This document shows, in pieces, positions 28,159 to 37,106 of a DNA stretch of 50,367 nt. The stretch lies in the IMG/VR virus record IMGVR_UViG_3300032328_001047, positions 1 to 50,367 of that record, one strand, 5' to 3'. The position numbers were made by a program, and so were the translations under genes. Numbering within the stretch: position 1 is the first letter of the stretch; each line of letters starts with the position of its first letter. The notes below the pieces were generated by a model that made no database searches, was not told the DNA's origin, and saw only the letters and a program-made list of their open reading frames with translations. Source of the stretch: a virus (lineage: Duplodnaviria > Caudoviricetes).

Positions 28159-28668
28159 TTAATTTGAAATACCAAATAAATCTTTTTGAAATTCTTCCCA
28201 AACATGTGCTGCTCGACCAGCGACTAATTCAGAAAAAACAGTGGGTTTATAAGGACGAACCCTAAATTTAAGACCTGCTTCTTCAGGTGTCTTACTACCC
28301 TTCCTTGAATTACAATCAAAACAACAGGTGACCATGTTTTCCCAAGTATTATCACCACCACGAGATTTTGGTATGACATGGTCAATTGTCAATTTTTTTG
28401 TGTTTCCACAATATACACAAGCGTAACCGTCCCTTTGATAAACTCGTGAACGGGAAATCTTTATGTCTTTAGCATTTTTCTTAATTCTGATATAACTGAG
28501 TAATCTAATGATGATTGGTCTTACAAAGTTACCAATAGTGGTAACAATAGGAGTTTCATCCTTCTTCAATATTTCGGCTTTACCTTTATCAACTAATACA
28601 AATCCTCTACGCATTGTTGTTACGTTCAAGGGTGTGTAATCGCTGTTTAATACTAATACTTTTTCCAT
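28159..28668 (-). CDS. HNH endonuclease (McrA-like)
   Basis: VLVLNSDYTPL, RDGYACVYCG, TIDHVIPKSRGG, WENMVTCCFDCNSRKG. Confidence 0.92.
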   Translation of the reverse strand: MEKVLVLNSDYTPLNVTTMRRGFVLVDKGKAEILKKDETPIVTTIGNFVRPIIIRLLSYIRIKKNAKDIKISRSRVYQRDGYACVYCGNTKKLTIDHVIPKSRGGDNTWENMVTCCFDCNSRKGSKTPEEAGLKFRVRPYKPTVFSELVAGRAAHVWEEFQKDLFGISN

Positions 28669-28681
28669 ATACTCGGTTCAA

Positions 28682-28719
28682 TGATAAGTATTTGACACCG
28701 AAGTATCAAACACTTATCA
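28682..28719 (-). other. 17-bp hairpin with C(UUCG)G tetraloop upstream of HNH gene
   Basis: TGATAAGTGTTTGATAC-TTCG-GTGTCAAATACTTATCA, two G-U pairs on minus strand. Confidence 0.75.
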
Positions 28720-28733
28720 ATGTTTTCTTAATG

Positions 28734-29471
28734 TTAGAATTTCAACAACATTGCTGAAACTCCGTTCCACACTTTGATTTGACGACGAGGAACCCAAAAT
28801 TCCATTTCACCAATTTCTTCAATTCTTGCAAGAACGTCTTGGTTGAAACGTTCAACTTCAGACTTGTCTTTGATGTATTCCACTCTCAAGTGTTTAGCAC
28901 ATGTCTTACCGTATCCTGTTAGACGAGAGAACTCATCGGTCAAGGTACGACCACATGATTTACACACACCGCAGTTTTTTGTTGTTAATTTACCTTTGAA
29001 CTTCACTGCTTTTGCGGTCAAGGTAACAACTTCGGTGATGTCCAACAAAAGTGGGTTGAAGTTCAAACCCTTTTGTTTTTTCAAGTCTTCACCTGTGTTA
29101 CGACCAACCACGATAGTTTCACCAATTACGTCAATATTCACGTCCATTCGGTTTTTATCGTCGTTTTCTTTTTGGATTTGTTTGTTTGCAGCAGATACTT
29201 GTGCGTCTGACAAAGTACCATATTTAAGGAATTTACCTTTTACATCCAATACGAAAGTATTTTCACCTGCGTAATCTGCGATTCTTCTCATATTATCAGA
29301 TAGGAAACGTGTTTCTACTTTTGTTGGTTCCGCCAAGGTTTTTTCAGCAGCTTCGGCTTGTTTTTCGGTTAGACCTCCGTATTGGAATACTACTTGTTTC
29401 ATTTTACGGACGAAGTCATTTTGACCTCCGTAGTTTCTAATTTTGGCGTTTAGTTTAGTTGTCGTGTTCAT
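28734..29471 (-). CDS. Protein with DUF6011-like zinc finger
   Basis: CKSCGRTLTDEFSRLTGYGKTCA; start set at ATG 29471. Confidence 0.7.
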   Translation of the reverse strand: MNTTTKLNAKIRNYGGQNDFVRKMKQVVFQYGGLTEKQAEAAEKTLAEPTKVETRFLSDNMRRIADYAGENTFVLDVKGKFLKYGTLSDAQVSAANKQIQKENDDKNRMDVNIDVIGETIVVGRNTGEDLKKQKGLNFNPLLLDITEVVTLTAKAVKFKGKLTTKNCGVCKSCGRTLTDEFSRLTGYGKTCAKHLRVEYIKDKSEVERFNQDVLARIEEIGEMEFWVPRRQIKVWNGVSAMLLKF

Positions 29472-29518
29472 GGTGGTAGTGATTAACAATACAAAGATAC
29501 TGTATTTTTTTTTAAATT

Positions 29519-29551
29519 ACAAAAAAAAAAGTGGTCAAATTAGACCACTTT
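29519..29551 (-). terminator. Terminator after tmRNA
   Basis: aaagtggtc/gaccacttt hairpin followed by a long T run on minus strand. Confidence 0.75.
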
Positions 29552-29561
29552 AATTTACAAG

Positions 29562-29942
29562 TGGAGACGCGGGGTACTGCCCCCCGGTCTTGTTCATATT
29601 ACCCAAAAGGTACTACATGTTTAGGTCAGTGTTTGTTAACACTCCGAAATTCACAATTCCCTTATTTTATAGTGGTTCGGTTTACTGAGAACTAATCCTC
29701 CACTTGTTTCTTTTAAGATAGAAACCACACCTCTAAAGACTTCTGTTCCTAGGTTAGTGTCTCCCGACCTGATTTGTAATAACAATTAAGCTACTACAGA
29801 AGCGTTTTCACGGATTAAACCGATAGTCGCCATTTTGTCTAAAACGTTGCCGTCTAATTTTTTGAACCAGTTTTTAATGAGTTATTTCAGCTCATACATG
29901 CCCCCATTGACTAATTATGCCAATCGATTCTATTTCGTCCCC
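29562..29942 (-). ncRNA. ssrA: tmRNA
   Basis: Acceptor GGGGACG/CGTCTCC-A with G3-U70; T arm CGGGG-GGCAGTA-CCCCG; tag frame 29851-29786 GNVLDKMATIGLIRENASVVA*; 381 nt. Confidence 0.92.
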
Positions 29943-29962
29943 ATATATTTTCAAAGAACATA

Positions 29963-30044
29963 AAATCACTTTCGCCCCCTGTATAGACTTACGTCAGATG
30001 CTTAAGGTCAGCCTTAACTATTAAGGGAGCCACCCGTGATTTGT
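29963..30044 (-). ncRNA. Candidate structured RNA upstream of tmRNA
   Basis: Nested stems AAATCAC/GTGATTT, GCTCCCT/AGGGGGC, TTAAGG/CCTTAA, GAC-GTAA-GTC; TATATTTG element at 30049-30056. Confidence 0.55.
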
Positions 30045-30098
30045 TATACAAATATATAAATATTAACTCAAAGTGCCAAATCAAAGTATTTATTTATA

Positions 30099-32255
30099 AT
30101 GGAACAAATAAGTTATTTCGGTCAACCATATTCATATTTTTCTTATATTACAAAAATACAAGAAATTTTGGGAAAATTTAATTTCCCCACAGAAAGAATT
30201 ACTTGTACATATGATGATAGTTTTGATGTTGGAACCGAACAATATATTATTGAAGGCGATGGATTAACATTTACATTAACCATAACACCTGATGGTGGGA
30301 TTTATTGTGAATATAACGGTAAAAATGAATATCTTGGTAGTGTTGATGATAAACCTGAAGAAACATCACATTACATTGACGTAATCCTTAATGGTCCAGC
30401 AGAGGACCTAAGAACCTTATTTGAAGGGTTGTTAAGGGAAGACAAACAAAGTGATTTATATAATGAATTTAAAACATTGGATATTGATTGGGGAAAAGAT
30501 AATGATGATGAAAAATTAAAAAAAGAAGTATTTGATTCACTTTGGAATGCAGACAAAAGTACAACGAAAAAATACTTACCCTGGGTTTTAGCACAGGGTA
30601 AAGAAGTTAAGGGACTTGATTGGGTTCAATTCTTAAATAGTATGATTCAAGTCAGTGATATGATGAGTTTTATTGATAAAAGAGTTTCCAAAAAAGATAC
30701 TGAAGAATTTGCAAATAGATTGAAAAGCGGGGACTTAGAAAATTTTGCGTCATCATATGATAAGATTGTTAAATCACCAAAAGACATTAATGTGTATCCA
30801 CATATAAATTCAATTCAAGATTTTCATAGACAAATCAAAAGAAGGACTCGTACAACCGATGAGGTTAAAAAAGCCAAAAATGAGTCAAAAAAATTATACG
30901 AAGACCAAAAATATTTGATTGTTCAACCGATGACTCACCAAGCATCTTGTGTTTATGGTGCAGAAACAAAATGGTGTGTTGCATCAAGAGACAATTCAAG
31001 ATATTTTGATGACTACATTAGAAACTCAAAATTTGTTTATGTAATTAATAAAAAAGGAACTAATTTACGAAATTCAAAATTTGCCCTTAGAATACCCGAA
31101 ACCGGAAAACCTGAAGTTTGGGACCAACAAGATAACCGCTCAAGTTTTGATACGTTATATGCCGCAATGCCGGGAATGGATGAAATATTAAATAATATTT
31201 TAAACATTGGTGGAACTGATTATCAAGTTTTGAAGAATTACGGAAAAATTGGGGATAACCAAGACAACACATTACATGTTTCAAATGATGACGAAACTTT
31301 TAATATTGATGGTAACAATGTGAAGTTATTTTTTGAACCTAAAGATTATTTTAAATTGTTTAAGCACCAACTATATGAATATACGATTACACAGTTAGAA
31401 TCATTTGCTATAGGTAGTTATGGTAGACAAACTGAATGGATTGATTCATATACTGCAGAAGAAGATTGGAAGGAAGGTTATGTTTTATCGTCATTAAATA
31501 ATGATAACAAAGAAAAATTAGATAAAATTATTAGTATAATTTCACCGCAACTATTCCAACAAAAAGATGAATTGATGAAAAATTATAGAGGTGATTATTA
31601 TGCTAAATGTGCCGAAGTTTTAAATGCTCACAATTTGTTTCGTGAAAATATGACGGATGAATATCAATATGCTACAGATAATTCATTTACAGTTGGAATT
31701 GAAAACGCGGTTAATGATGAGTATTGTAATGTTTTAAGCCAGATTGGTATTATGGATACAGTTTGTTTTCGTAAATATTATACATCGGTTGATAATATGT
31801 TGTCATTATATGAAAAATATGGTTCACATCAACTATCAATTAGGGCTGTTATAACCGCCGCGATTGATTCTGAAATATCGGTGAGTGACATTTTTGAAAA
31901 TTATTACGAATATAAAGATGATTTTACTTTTAATTCTGAGTTTAATAGTGCTGCGGATAGATTGTTAGATGAATTATTAGAACTGTTAATAGACGAAGAA
32001 GATGGTATGTTTGACGACATTAATCAGTATCAAAAAATAGTTAATTATATTATAAATAATATTGGTTTTAATGTTAAAAAAAATATACCAACATTAAATG
32101 ATACTCAAATCATAATTGTTGGGGTTGAGCCTGACAATTCAATAACAGTTAAAATACAAAAAAATATTGGATATTCAGCTAAGGTTAAAATATACAAATT
32201 AACTTTTGAACAACTCATTTCTTTATTAAAAAATTATCAACTTTTTGAAATTTAA
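30099..32255 (+). CDS. Large hypothetical protein
   Basis: 718 aa; HQASCVYGAETKWCVA motif; TATTTAT upstream. Confidence 0.75.
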   Translation: MEQISYFGQPYSYFSYITKIQEILGKFNFPTERITCTYDDSFDVGTEQYIIEGDGLTFTLTITPDGGIYCEYNGKNEYLGSVDDKPEETSHYIDVILNGPAEDLRTLFEGLLREDKQSDLYNEFKTLDIDWGKDNDDEKLKKEVFDSLWNADKSTTKKYLPWVLAQGKEVKGLDWVQFLNSMIQVSDMMSFIDKRVSKKDTEEFANRLKSGDLENFASSYDKIVKSPKDINVYPHINSIQDFHRQIKRRTRTTDEVKKAKNESKKLYEDQKYLIVQPMTHQASCVYGAETKWCVASRDNSRYFDDYIRNSKFVYVINKKGTNLRNSKFALRIPETGKPEVWDQQDNRSSFDTLYAAMPGMDEILNNILNIGGTDYQVLKNYGKIGDNQDNTLHVSNDDETFNIDGNNVKLFFEPKDYFKLFKHQLYEYTITQLESFAIGSYGRQTEWIDSYTAEEDWKEGYVLSSLNNDNKEKLDKIISIISPQLFQQKDELMKNYRGDYYAKCAEVLNAHNLFRENMTDEYQYATDNSFTVGIENAVNDEYCNVLSQIGIMDTVCFRKYYTSVDNMLSLYEKYGSHQLSIRAVITAAIDSEISVSDIFENYYEYKDDFTFNSEFNSAADRLLDELLELLIDEEDGMFDDINQYQKIVNYIINNIGFNVKKNIPTLNDTQIIIVGVEPDNSITVKIQKNIGYSAKVKIYKLTFEQLISLLKNYQLFEI

Positions 32256-32281
32256 AATTTTTTTTGTATCTTTGTTGTCAA

Positions 32282-33103
32282 ATGACACCAGAAAAAATCC
32301 AACACCTAAAAGAAGTCCTTTCTATTCCGACTAAAACTTACCAAGAAACTCTTATGATTGAGTATCTTGATAAGTATTTTACTGAAAAAGGATACAACCA
32401 CACAATTGACCAATATGGTAACGTTTACGTAACTAAAGGCGAATCAGACATGTATCCATGTGTTATCGCTCACACGGACACCGTACACTCAATTACAGAC
32501 ATGATTGTAGAGGAAGAACAACTCCCAAACGTACTTGGGGAATTAAAAGATTCCTTTAAGGCTTACCAAGCAGTTACAGGTAATCCTGTTGGAATTGGTG
32601 GTGATGACAAATGTGGGGTTTATTCATGTTTGGAAATCCTTGACCAACTTCCTGTAATTAAAGCCGCGTTTTTTGTATCTGAAGAAACAGGTTGTCATGG
32701 TTCACGAAAAGCAAGTCCCGAGTTTTTCTCTAACGTTGGTTATTGCATTCAGTTTGATGCTCCTGAATCTTGGATGGTAACTGAATATTGTTGGGGTGTA
32801 AAACTTTTTGACCGTGATTCACCTTTCTTTGAAAAGGTTGGTCCATTGCTTCAGGAACACTTTGGTGATAAACATGAATTAATGAAACATCCGTACACTG
32901 ACGTTTCACAAATTGCGTCAAAATTTAACATTGCTTGTTTGAACGTGTCTTGTGGTTATTATAATTACCACACAGCAAATGAGTATGTTGTGATTGAGGA
33001 TGTGTTCACCGCGATTGAGATGGTTAAACAAATGATTGAAAGTTTAGGTAATACATTCCACGAACACAAACCAAAAACAGAACGATGGATGTTATGGGAT
33101 TAA
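32282..33103 (+). CDS. Zinc peptidase, M20/M28/M42 clan
   Basis: AHTDTVH, GGDDKCG, SEETG, GYYNYHT; start set to ATG 32282 after TATCTTTG. Confidence 0.88.
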   Translation: MTPEKIQHLKEVLSIPTKTYQETLMIEYLDKYFTEKGYNHTIDQYGNVYVTKGESDMYPCVIAHTDTVHSITDMIVEEEQLPNVLGELKDSFKAYQAVTGNPVGIGGDDKCGVYSCLEILDQLPVIKAAFFVSEETGCHGSRKASPEFFSNVGYCIQFDAPESWMVTEYCWGVKLFDRDSPFFEKVGPLLQEHFGDKHELMKHPYTDVSQIASKFNIACLNVSCGYYNYHTANEYVVIEDVFTAIEMVKQMIESLGNTFHEHKPKTERWMLWD

Positions 33104-33133
33104 AAAAAGGGGTCTTAATTGACCCCTTTTTTT
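33103..33133. terminator. Bidirectional terminator
   Basis: aaaaaaggggtc/gacccctttttt between convergent genes. Confidence 0.8.
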
Positions 33134-35199
33134 GTTCTACCTCTTTTTGGTTTTTCAGAAACATCAGATACTTCTGATGTTTTTTCATTTATACGGACTT
33201 TATCGTCCGCATATTCTAATATATATACTGTGTCAGTAATGATATTTTTCTTAAGAATTTCATCAGATATAAAATCTTCAATTTGATTTTGAATTGCTCT
33301 TTTGATTGGACGAGCTCCAAACTTTTCATCAAATCCAACTTCACAAATTCTACTGACCAAACTTTCATCAACAACAATGTTATAGTTCATAGAACGTAAT
33401 CGTAAAATTAGTTTGGATATCTCCAAAGTAACAATTTGTTTGATTTCATCTTCTTTCAAAGGATTAAAGAATACCACATCATCAACACGGTTTAAGAATT
33501 CAGGTGGGAAAAATTTCTTAAGTTCATCTTCGACCATCATCTGTTTGATTTCAGTTTCTTTTTCATTTTTAGTACGAGTTCCAAACCCAACGCCCGTACC
33601 AAAATCTTGTACTTTTCTTGCACCAATGTTAGATGTCATAATAATCAAGGTGTTTTTGAAGTTAATTTTTCTACCAAGACCATCAGTCAAATGTCCTTCA
33701 TCCATCGCTTGAAGTAAAAGTGAATAAACATCTTTATGTGCTTTTTCAATCTCATCAAACAAAATTACACAATAAGGTTTATTTTTAACTTGTTCAGTTA
33801 ATTGACCTCCTTCTTGATGACCAACATAACCTGGAGGTGAGCCAACCAATCTTGTCATTGTGAATTTTTCCTGATATTCAGACATATCAACACGAATCAA
33901 AGCGTCTGAATTCCCAAATATTTCTTTAGCTAATTGTTTTGCTAAATGTGTTTTACCAATACCTGTTGAACCCAAAAAAATAAAAGAACCAATAGGTTTG
34001 TTTGGGTCTTTAATACCAACACGATTCCTACGAATTGCTTTTGAAATTTTAGACACTGCGTCTTCCTGACCAATCACTGATTTGGTTAAACTTTCTTCCA
34101 AATTAATTAACGAATCTGATTCAGATTGTGAAAGTTTTGAAATTGGAATTTTAGTCATTTGGGAAACAACTTCATAAACCATTTCTTCAGTAACTTCTTT
34201 TTTATTACTTAAACGACCCTTTTCAAATTTATCCTTTTCCTCCTGAAGACGTGCCAAAACTTTACGTTCTATATCACGTAATTCAGCGGCTTCTTCATAC
34301 TTTTGATTTCTAACTACTTCAACCTTTCGGTCTTTTATTTGATTTGCTTCTTCTTTAAGTTTTTCAATAATTTCAGGAACTGTCACATTAATTTGACATC
34401 TTGCACCAACTTCATCCATAATATCAATAGCTTTATCAGGAAATTCACGGTCAGTAATATAACGGTCCGCTAATAACACGCAAGTTTTAATTACTTCATC
34501 CGTAAAGTGAACCTTGTGATGTTTTTCATAATTTTCTTTGGCACGATTCATAATTTTAATCGTATCTTCTATTGAAGTTGCGTCAACATGTATTTTTTGA
34601 AAACGACGTTCTAACGCTCCATCCTTTTCGATGTGTTCACGGTACTCATCTAAAGTTGTTGCCCCAATACATTGGAGTTCTCCTCGAGCAAGAGCAGGTT
34701 TAAAGATATTGGAAGCGTCCAAGGCTCCTGATGAATTACCAGCACCAATAATCGTGTGAATTTCATCAATGAATACAACAACATCATGGTTGTCACTCAA
34801 CTCATCAAGAATTACTTTAATACGTTCTTCAAACTGTCCACGATATTTTGTACCTGCAACAATTGATGTCATATCTAAACTAACAATTCTTTTATCGACT
34901 AAGTTTTGTGGACAATCCCCTTGAAATATCTTCATAGCTAACCCTTCAACAATTGCGGTTTTACCACAACCTGGTTCACCAATCAAGATAGGGTTGTTTT
35001 TTCTTCTTCTTGATATAATTTGTGCCAATCTTTCAATTTCAAGTTCCCTTCCAATTACAGGGTCAAGTTTCCCTTCTTTAGCTAATTTAATTAGGTCACG
35101 AGAAAAGTTATCTAAAACAGGTGTTTTTGAATTAACAACATCTGTTTTACTTTTTTTGTTTCCACCCATTTTTTCGTTTTGGTCTTGTGATTCAATCAT
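33115..35199 (-). CDS. clpC: ClpC-type AAA+ ATPase lacking the N-terminal domain
   Basis: GEPGCGKT and GSTGIGKT Walker A, FIDEIH and LFDEIEKAH Walker B, UVR motif [12 protein letters not shown] loop, GSPPGYVG. Confidence 0.92.
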   Translation of the reverse strand: MIESQDQNEKMGGNKKSKTDVVNSKTPVLDNFSRDLIKLAKEGKLDPVIGRELEIERLAQIISRRRKNNPILIGEPGCGKTAIVEGLAMKIFQGDCPQNLVDKRIVSLDMTSIVAGTKYRGQFEERIKVILDELSDNHDVVVFIDEIHTIIGAGNSSGALDASNIFKPALARGELQCIGATTLDEYREHIEKDGALERRFQKIHVDATSIEDTIKIMNRAKENYEKHHKVHFTDEVIKTCVLLADRYITDREFPDKAIDIMDEVGARCQINVTVPEIIEKLKEEANQIKDRKVEVVRNQKYEEAAELRDIERKVLARLQEEKDKFEKGRLSNKKEVTEEMVYEVVSQMTKIPISKLSQSESDSLINLEESLTKSVIGQEDAVSKISKAIRRNRVGIKDPNKPIGSFIFLGSTGIGKTHLAKQLAKEIFGNSDALIRVDMSEYQEKFTMTRLVGSPPGYVGHQEGGQLTEQVKNKPYCVILFDEIEKAHKDVYSLLLQAMDEGHLTDGLGRKINFKNTLIIMTSNIGARKVQDFGTGVGFGTRTKNEKETEIKQMMVEDELKKFFPPEFLNRVDDVVFFNPLKEDEIKQIVTLEISKLILRLRSMNYNIVVDESLVSRICEVGFDEKFGARPIKRAIQNQIEDFISDEILKKNIITDTVYILEYADDKVRINEKTSEVSDVSEKPKRGRTKKGVN

Positions 35200-35343
35200 A
35201 TGTTTAAATATAAGTTTTTATTCTAAATTATCAATAATGTCAAAATGACAGACAAATATGACATATTGTCAGGTTTACTTGTTTGGCATAATTTTGTATA
35301 ATTGGAAATACAAAGATAAACTAAAAAAAATAAGAAAAAAAAT

Positions 35344-35796
35344 ATGTTTGATTTATTTGGAAAAAGAAAGTCTCTTAAAGAGATTATGGATGAATTGGAT
35401 GAAATGATTGGTTCGATTAACCATGAATTTTCATCTTTCACAAATGAAGAACCTCAAAGTAAAGAAGGTTCTGATGAAAATGGTGAATGGAAAACAGAAA
35501 CGTACACATCACCAAATGGAATGTTTAAATACGTGATTACAACGACTAATAGAACTCCCAACAAAAAGTCACCTAAAGAAACTGATGAAATTTCACTTCT
35601 TAAAAAAGAACTTCAAGACTGTGTTGAAAAACAAGAATTTGAAAGAGCTGTTGAAGTTAGAGACAAAATTAATAAACTTGGAAAGATTAAAGATGATGTT
35701 AAGAAGTTACAAACCGAAATGGACGAAGCGGTTAGTAAACAAGACTTTGAATTGGCGATTAAATTACGTGACAAATTAAATAAAATTAAGTCCTAA
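35344..35796 (+). CDS. Protein with two UvrB/UvrC (UVR) motifs
   Basis: QEFERAVEVRDKI and QDFELAIKLRDKL. Confidence 0.85.
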   Translation: MFDLFGKRKSLKEIMDELDEMIGSINHEFSSFTNEEPQSKEGSDENGEWKTETYTSPNGMFKYVITTTNRTPNKKSPKETDEISLLKKELQDCVEKQEFERAVEVRDKINKLGKIKDDVKKLQTEMDEAVSKQDFELAIKLRDKLNKIKS

Positions 35797-35798
35797 AG

Positions 35799-35829
35799 AA
35801 AAACCCCTACACAAAGTGGGGGTTTTTTT
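35799..35829 (+). terminator. Intrinsic terminator
   Basis: aaaacccc...ggggttttttt. Confidence 0.65.
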
Positions 35830-35841
35830 ATATTTATTATT

Positions 35842-36084
35842 ATGGCAATTTTAAGAGAAGAAATTAAGGGAATGATGATTTATAATGTAATTGAATCGTC
35901 CAACATTACAGAATCACAGTATGATATGTCAACCGAAAAAATGGTTGTAACATTTAAAAACGGTACAAAGTATGAATATGAAAAAGTACCACACAAAGTT
36001 TACGCTAAGTTCAGATTATCTGAATCACAAGGTAAGTTTTTTACAACTGAAATCAGTAAAAATTATAAATACAAAAAATTGTAA
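35842..36084 (+). CDS. KTSC domain protein
   Basis: ESSNI...YD...VTFKNGTKYEYEKVP...SQGKFF. Confidence 0.88.
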   Translation: MAILREEIKGMMIYNVIESSNITESQYDMSTEKMVVTFKNGTKYEYEKVPHKVYAKFRLSESQGKFFTTEISKNYKYKKL

Positions 36085-36104
36085 AGTTCTTTGTATTTAT
36101 AATT

Positions 36105-36860
36105 GTGAAAGACTTAGAAAAAATCATTACTAGTTTTGGTGTCCAAGAAGAATTAAATCCTAAAATATGGGACAATCCTGATGACGCGTCTAAGTCACAT
36201 ATGAAGTTGGAAGTTAGAAACCAACTTGAGGAAATTGCAGAAGAATTTATCAAGTTTGTTAATGTTGATATGTTTATTCAAGACATTATCATCACAGGTT
36301 CATTGTGTAATTATAACTGGTCTGAATACTCAGATGTTGATTTACATATTATTGTAAATTTTGAAGATTTCGAGGAACAAAAAGAATTGTATTCTGAATT
36401 GTTTAAATTGAAAAAAACATTATTTAATTCATCACATGATATTACAATTAAAGGGTTTGAAGTTGAGTTATATATTCAAGATTCAAATGAATCCCATTTT
36501 TCATCTGGTGTGTATTCAATCATGAATGATGATTGGGATGTTATTCCAAAGAAAGAAGAAGATATCCATATTGATAAAGACATATTGATTCAAAAAGTTG
36601 GTCAATTACAAGATATGATTGATACCGTAATTAATAATGCCGAGGAAGAAGAATTGGATGATGCCAAAGAAATGATTAAAAAAGTTAAAGATAAAATTAA
36701 AAAGTATAGAACAAGTGGATTAGAAAAAGAAGGTGAATATTCTTACGAAAATTTAACTTTTAAAGTTTTAAGAAGAAACGGATATCTTCAAAAACTTTTT
36801 GACTTTGAAAATGAATTAACTGATAAGCGTCTTTCTTTAGGGGAAGATGAATTATTTTAA
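36105..36860 (+). CDS. Pol-beta-superfamily nucleotidyltransferase
   Basis: ITGS...YSDVDLH, VELYIQD; GTG start. Confidence 0.75.
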   Translation: MKDLEKIITSFGVQEELNPKIWDNPDDASKSHMKLEVRNQLEEIAEEFIKFVNVDMFIQDIIITGSLCNYNWSEYSDVDLHIIVNFEDFEEQKELYSELFKLKKTLFNSSHDITIKGFEVELYIQDSNESHFSSGVYSIMNDDWDVIPKKEEDIHIDKDILIQKVGQLQDMIDTVINNAEEEELDDAKEMIKKVKDKIKKYRTSGLEKEGEYSYENLTFKVLRRNGYLQKLFDFENELTDKRLSLGEDELF

Positions 36861-36888
36861 TATAATTACATATTTATTAAGAAAAATT

Positions 36889-37080
36889 ATGGCAATAACA
36901 GCATGTACATCATATAACACCGCGGTGGTTAGGGGTTTTGTTCCTGGTTCAGGAACTTCAGAGGGTAACGTTGTTACATTCACAACACCACGTCCTGTAT
37001 GGTCAGAATCTGACGGGACACAAATTGCATTACAATGTAGCGGAATTGCTATAGGTGGATTTAATGGACTAAACTCATAA
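36889..37080 (+). CDS. Small hypothetical protein
   Basis: Start ATG 36889 after TATTTAT. Confidence 0.6.
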   Translation: MAITACTSYNTAVVRGFVPGSGTSEGNVVTFTTPRPVWSESDGTQIALQCSGIAIGGFNGLNS

Positions 37081-37106
37081 AAGATAAAATTTAAACAAAA
37101 TATAAA

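Noticed and set aside
29963-30044. Hammerhead, pistol or HDV/theta ribozyme identity for the structured RNA
   Set aside because: CTGA and CGAAA are present but there is no CUGANGA core, pistol pseudoknot or HDV P1/P1.1 pairing
35284-35298. Sigma-54 promoter
   Set aside because: TGGCA is present but spacing and the -12 GC do not fit GG-N10-GC
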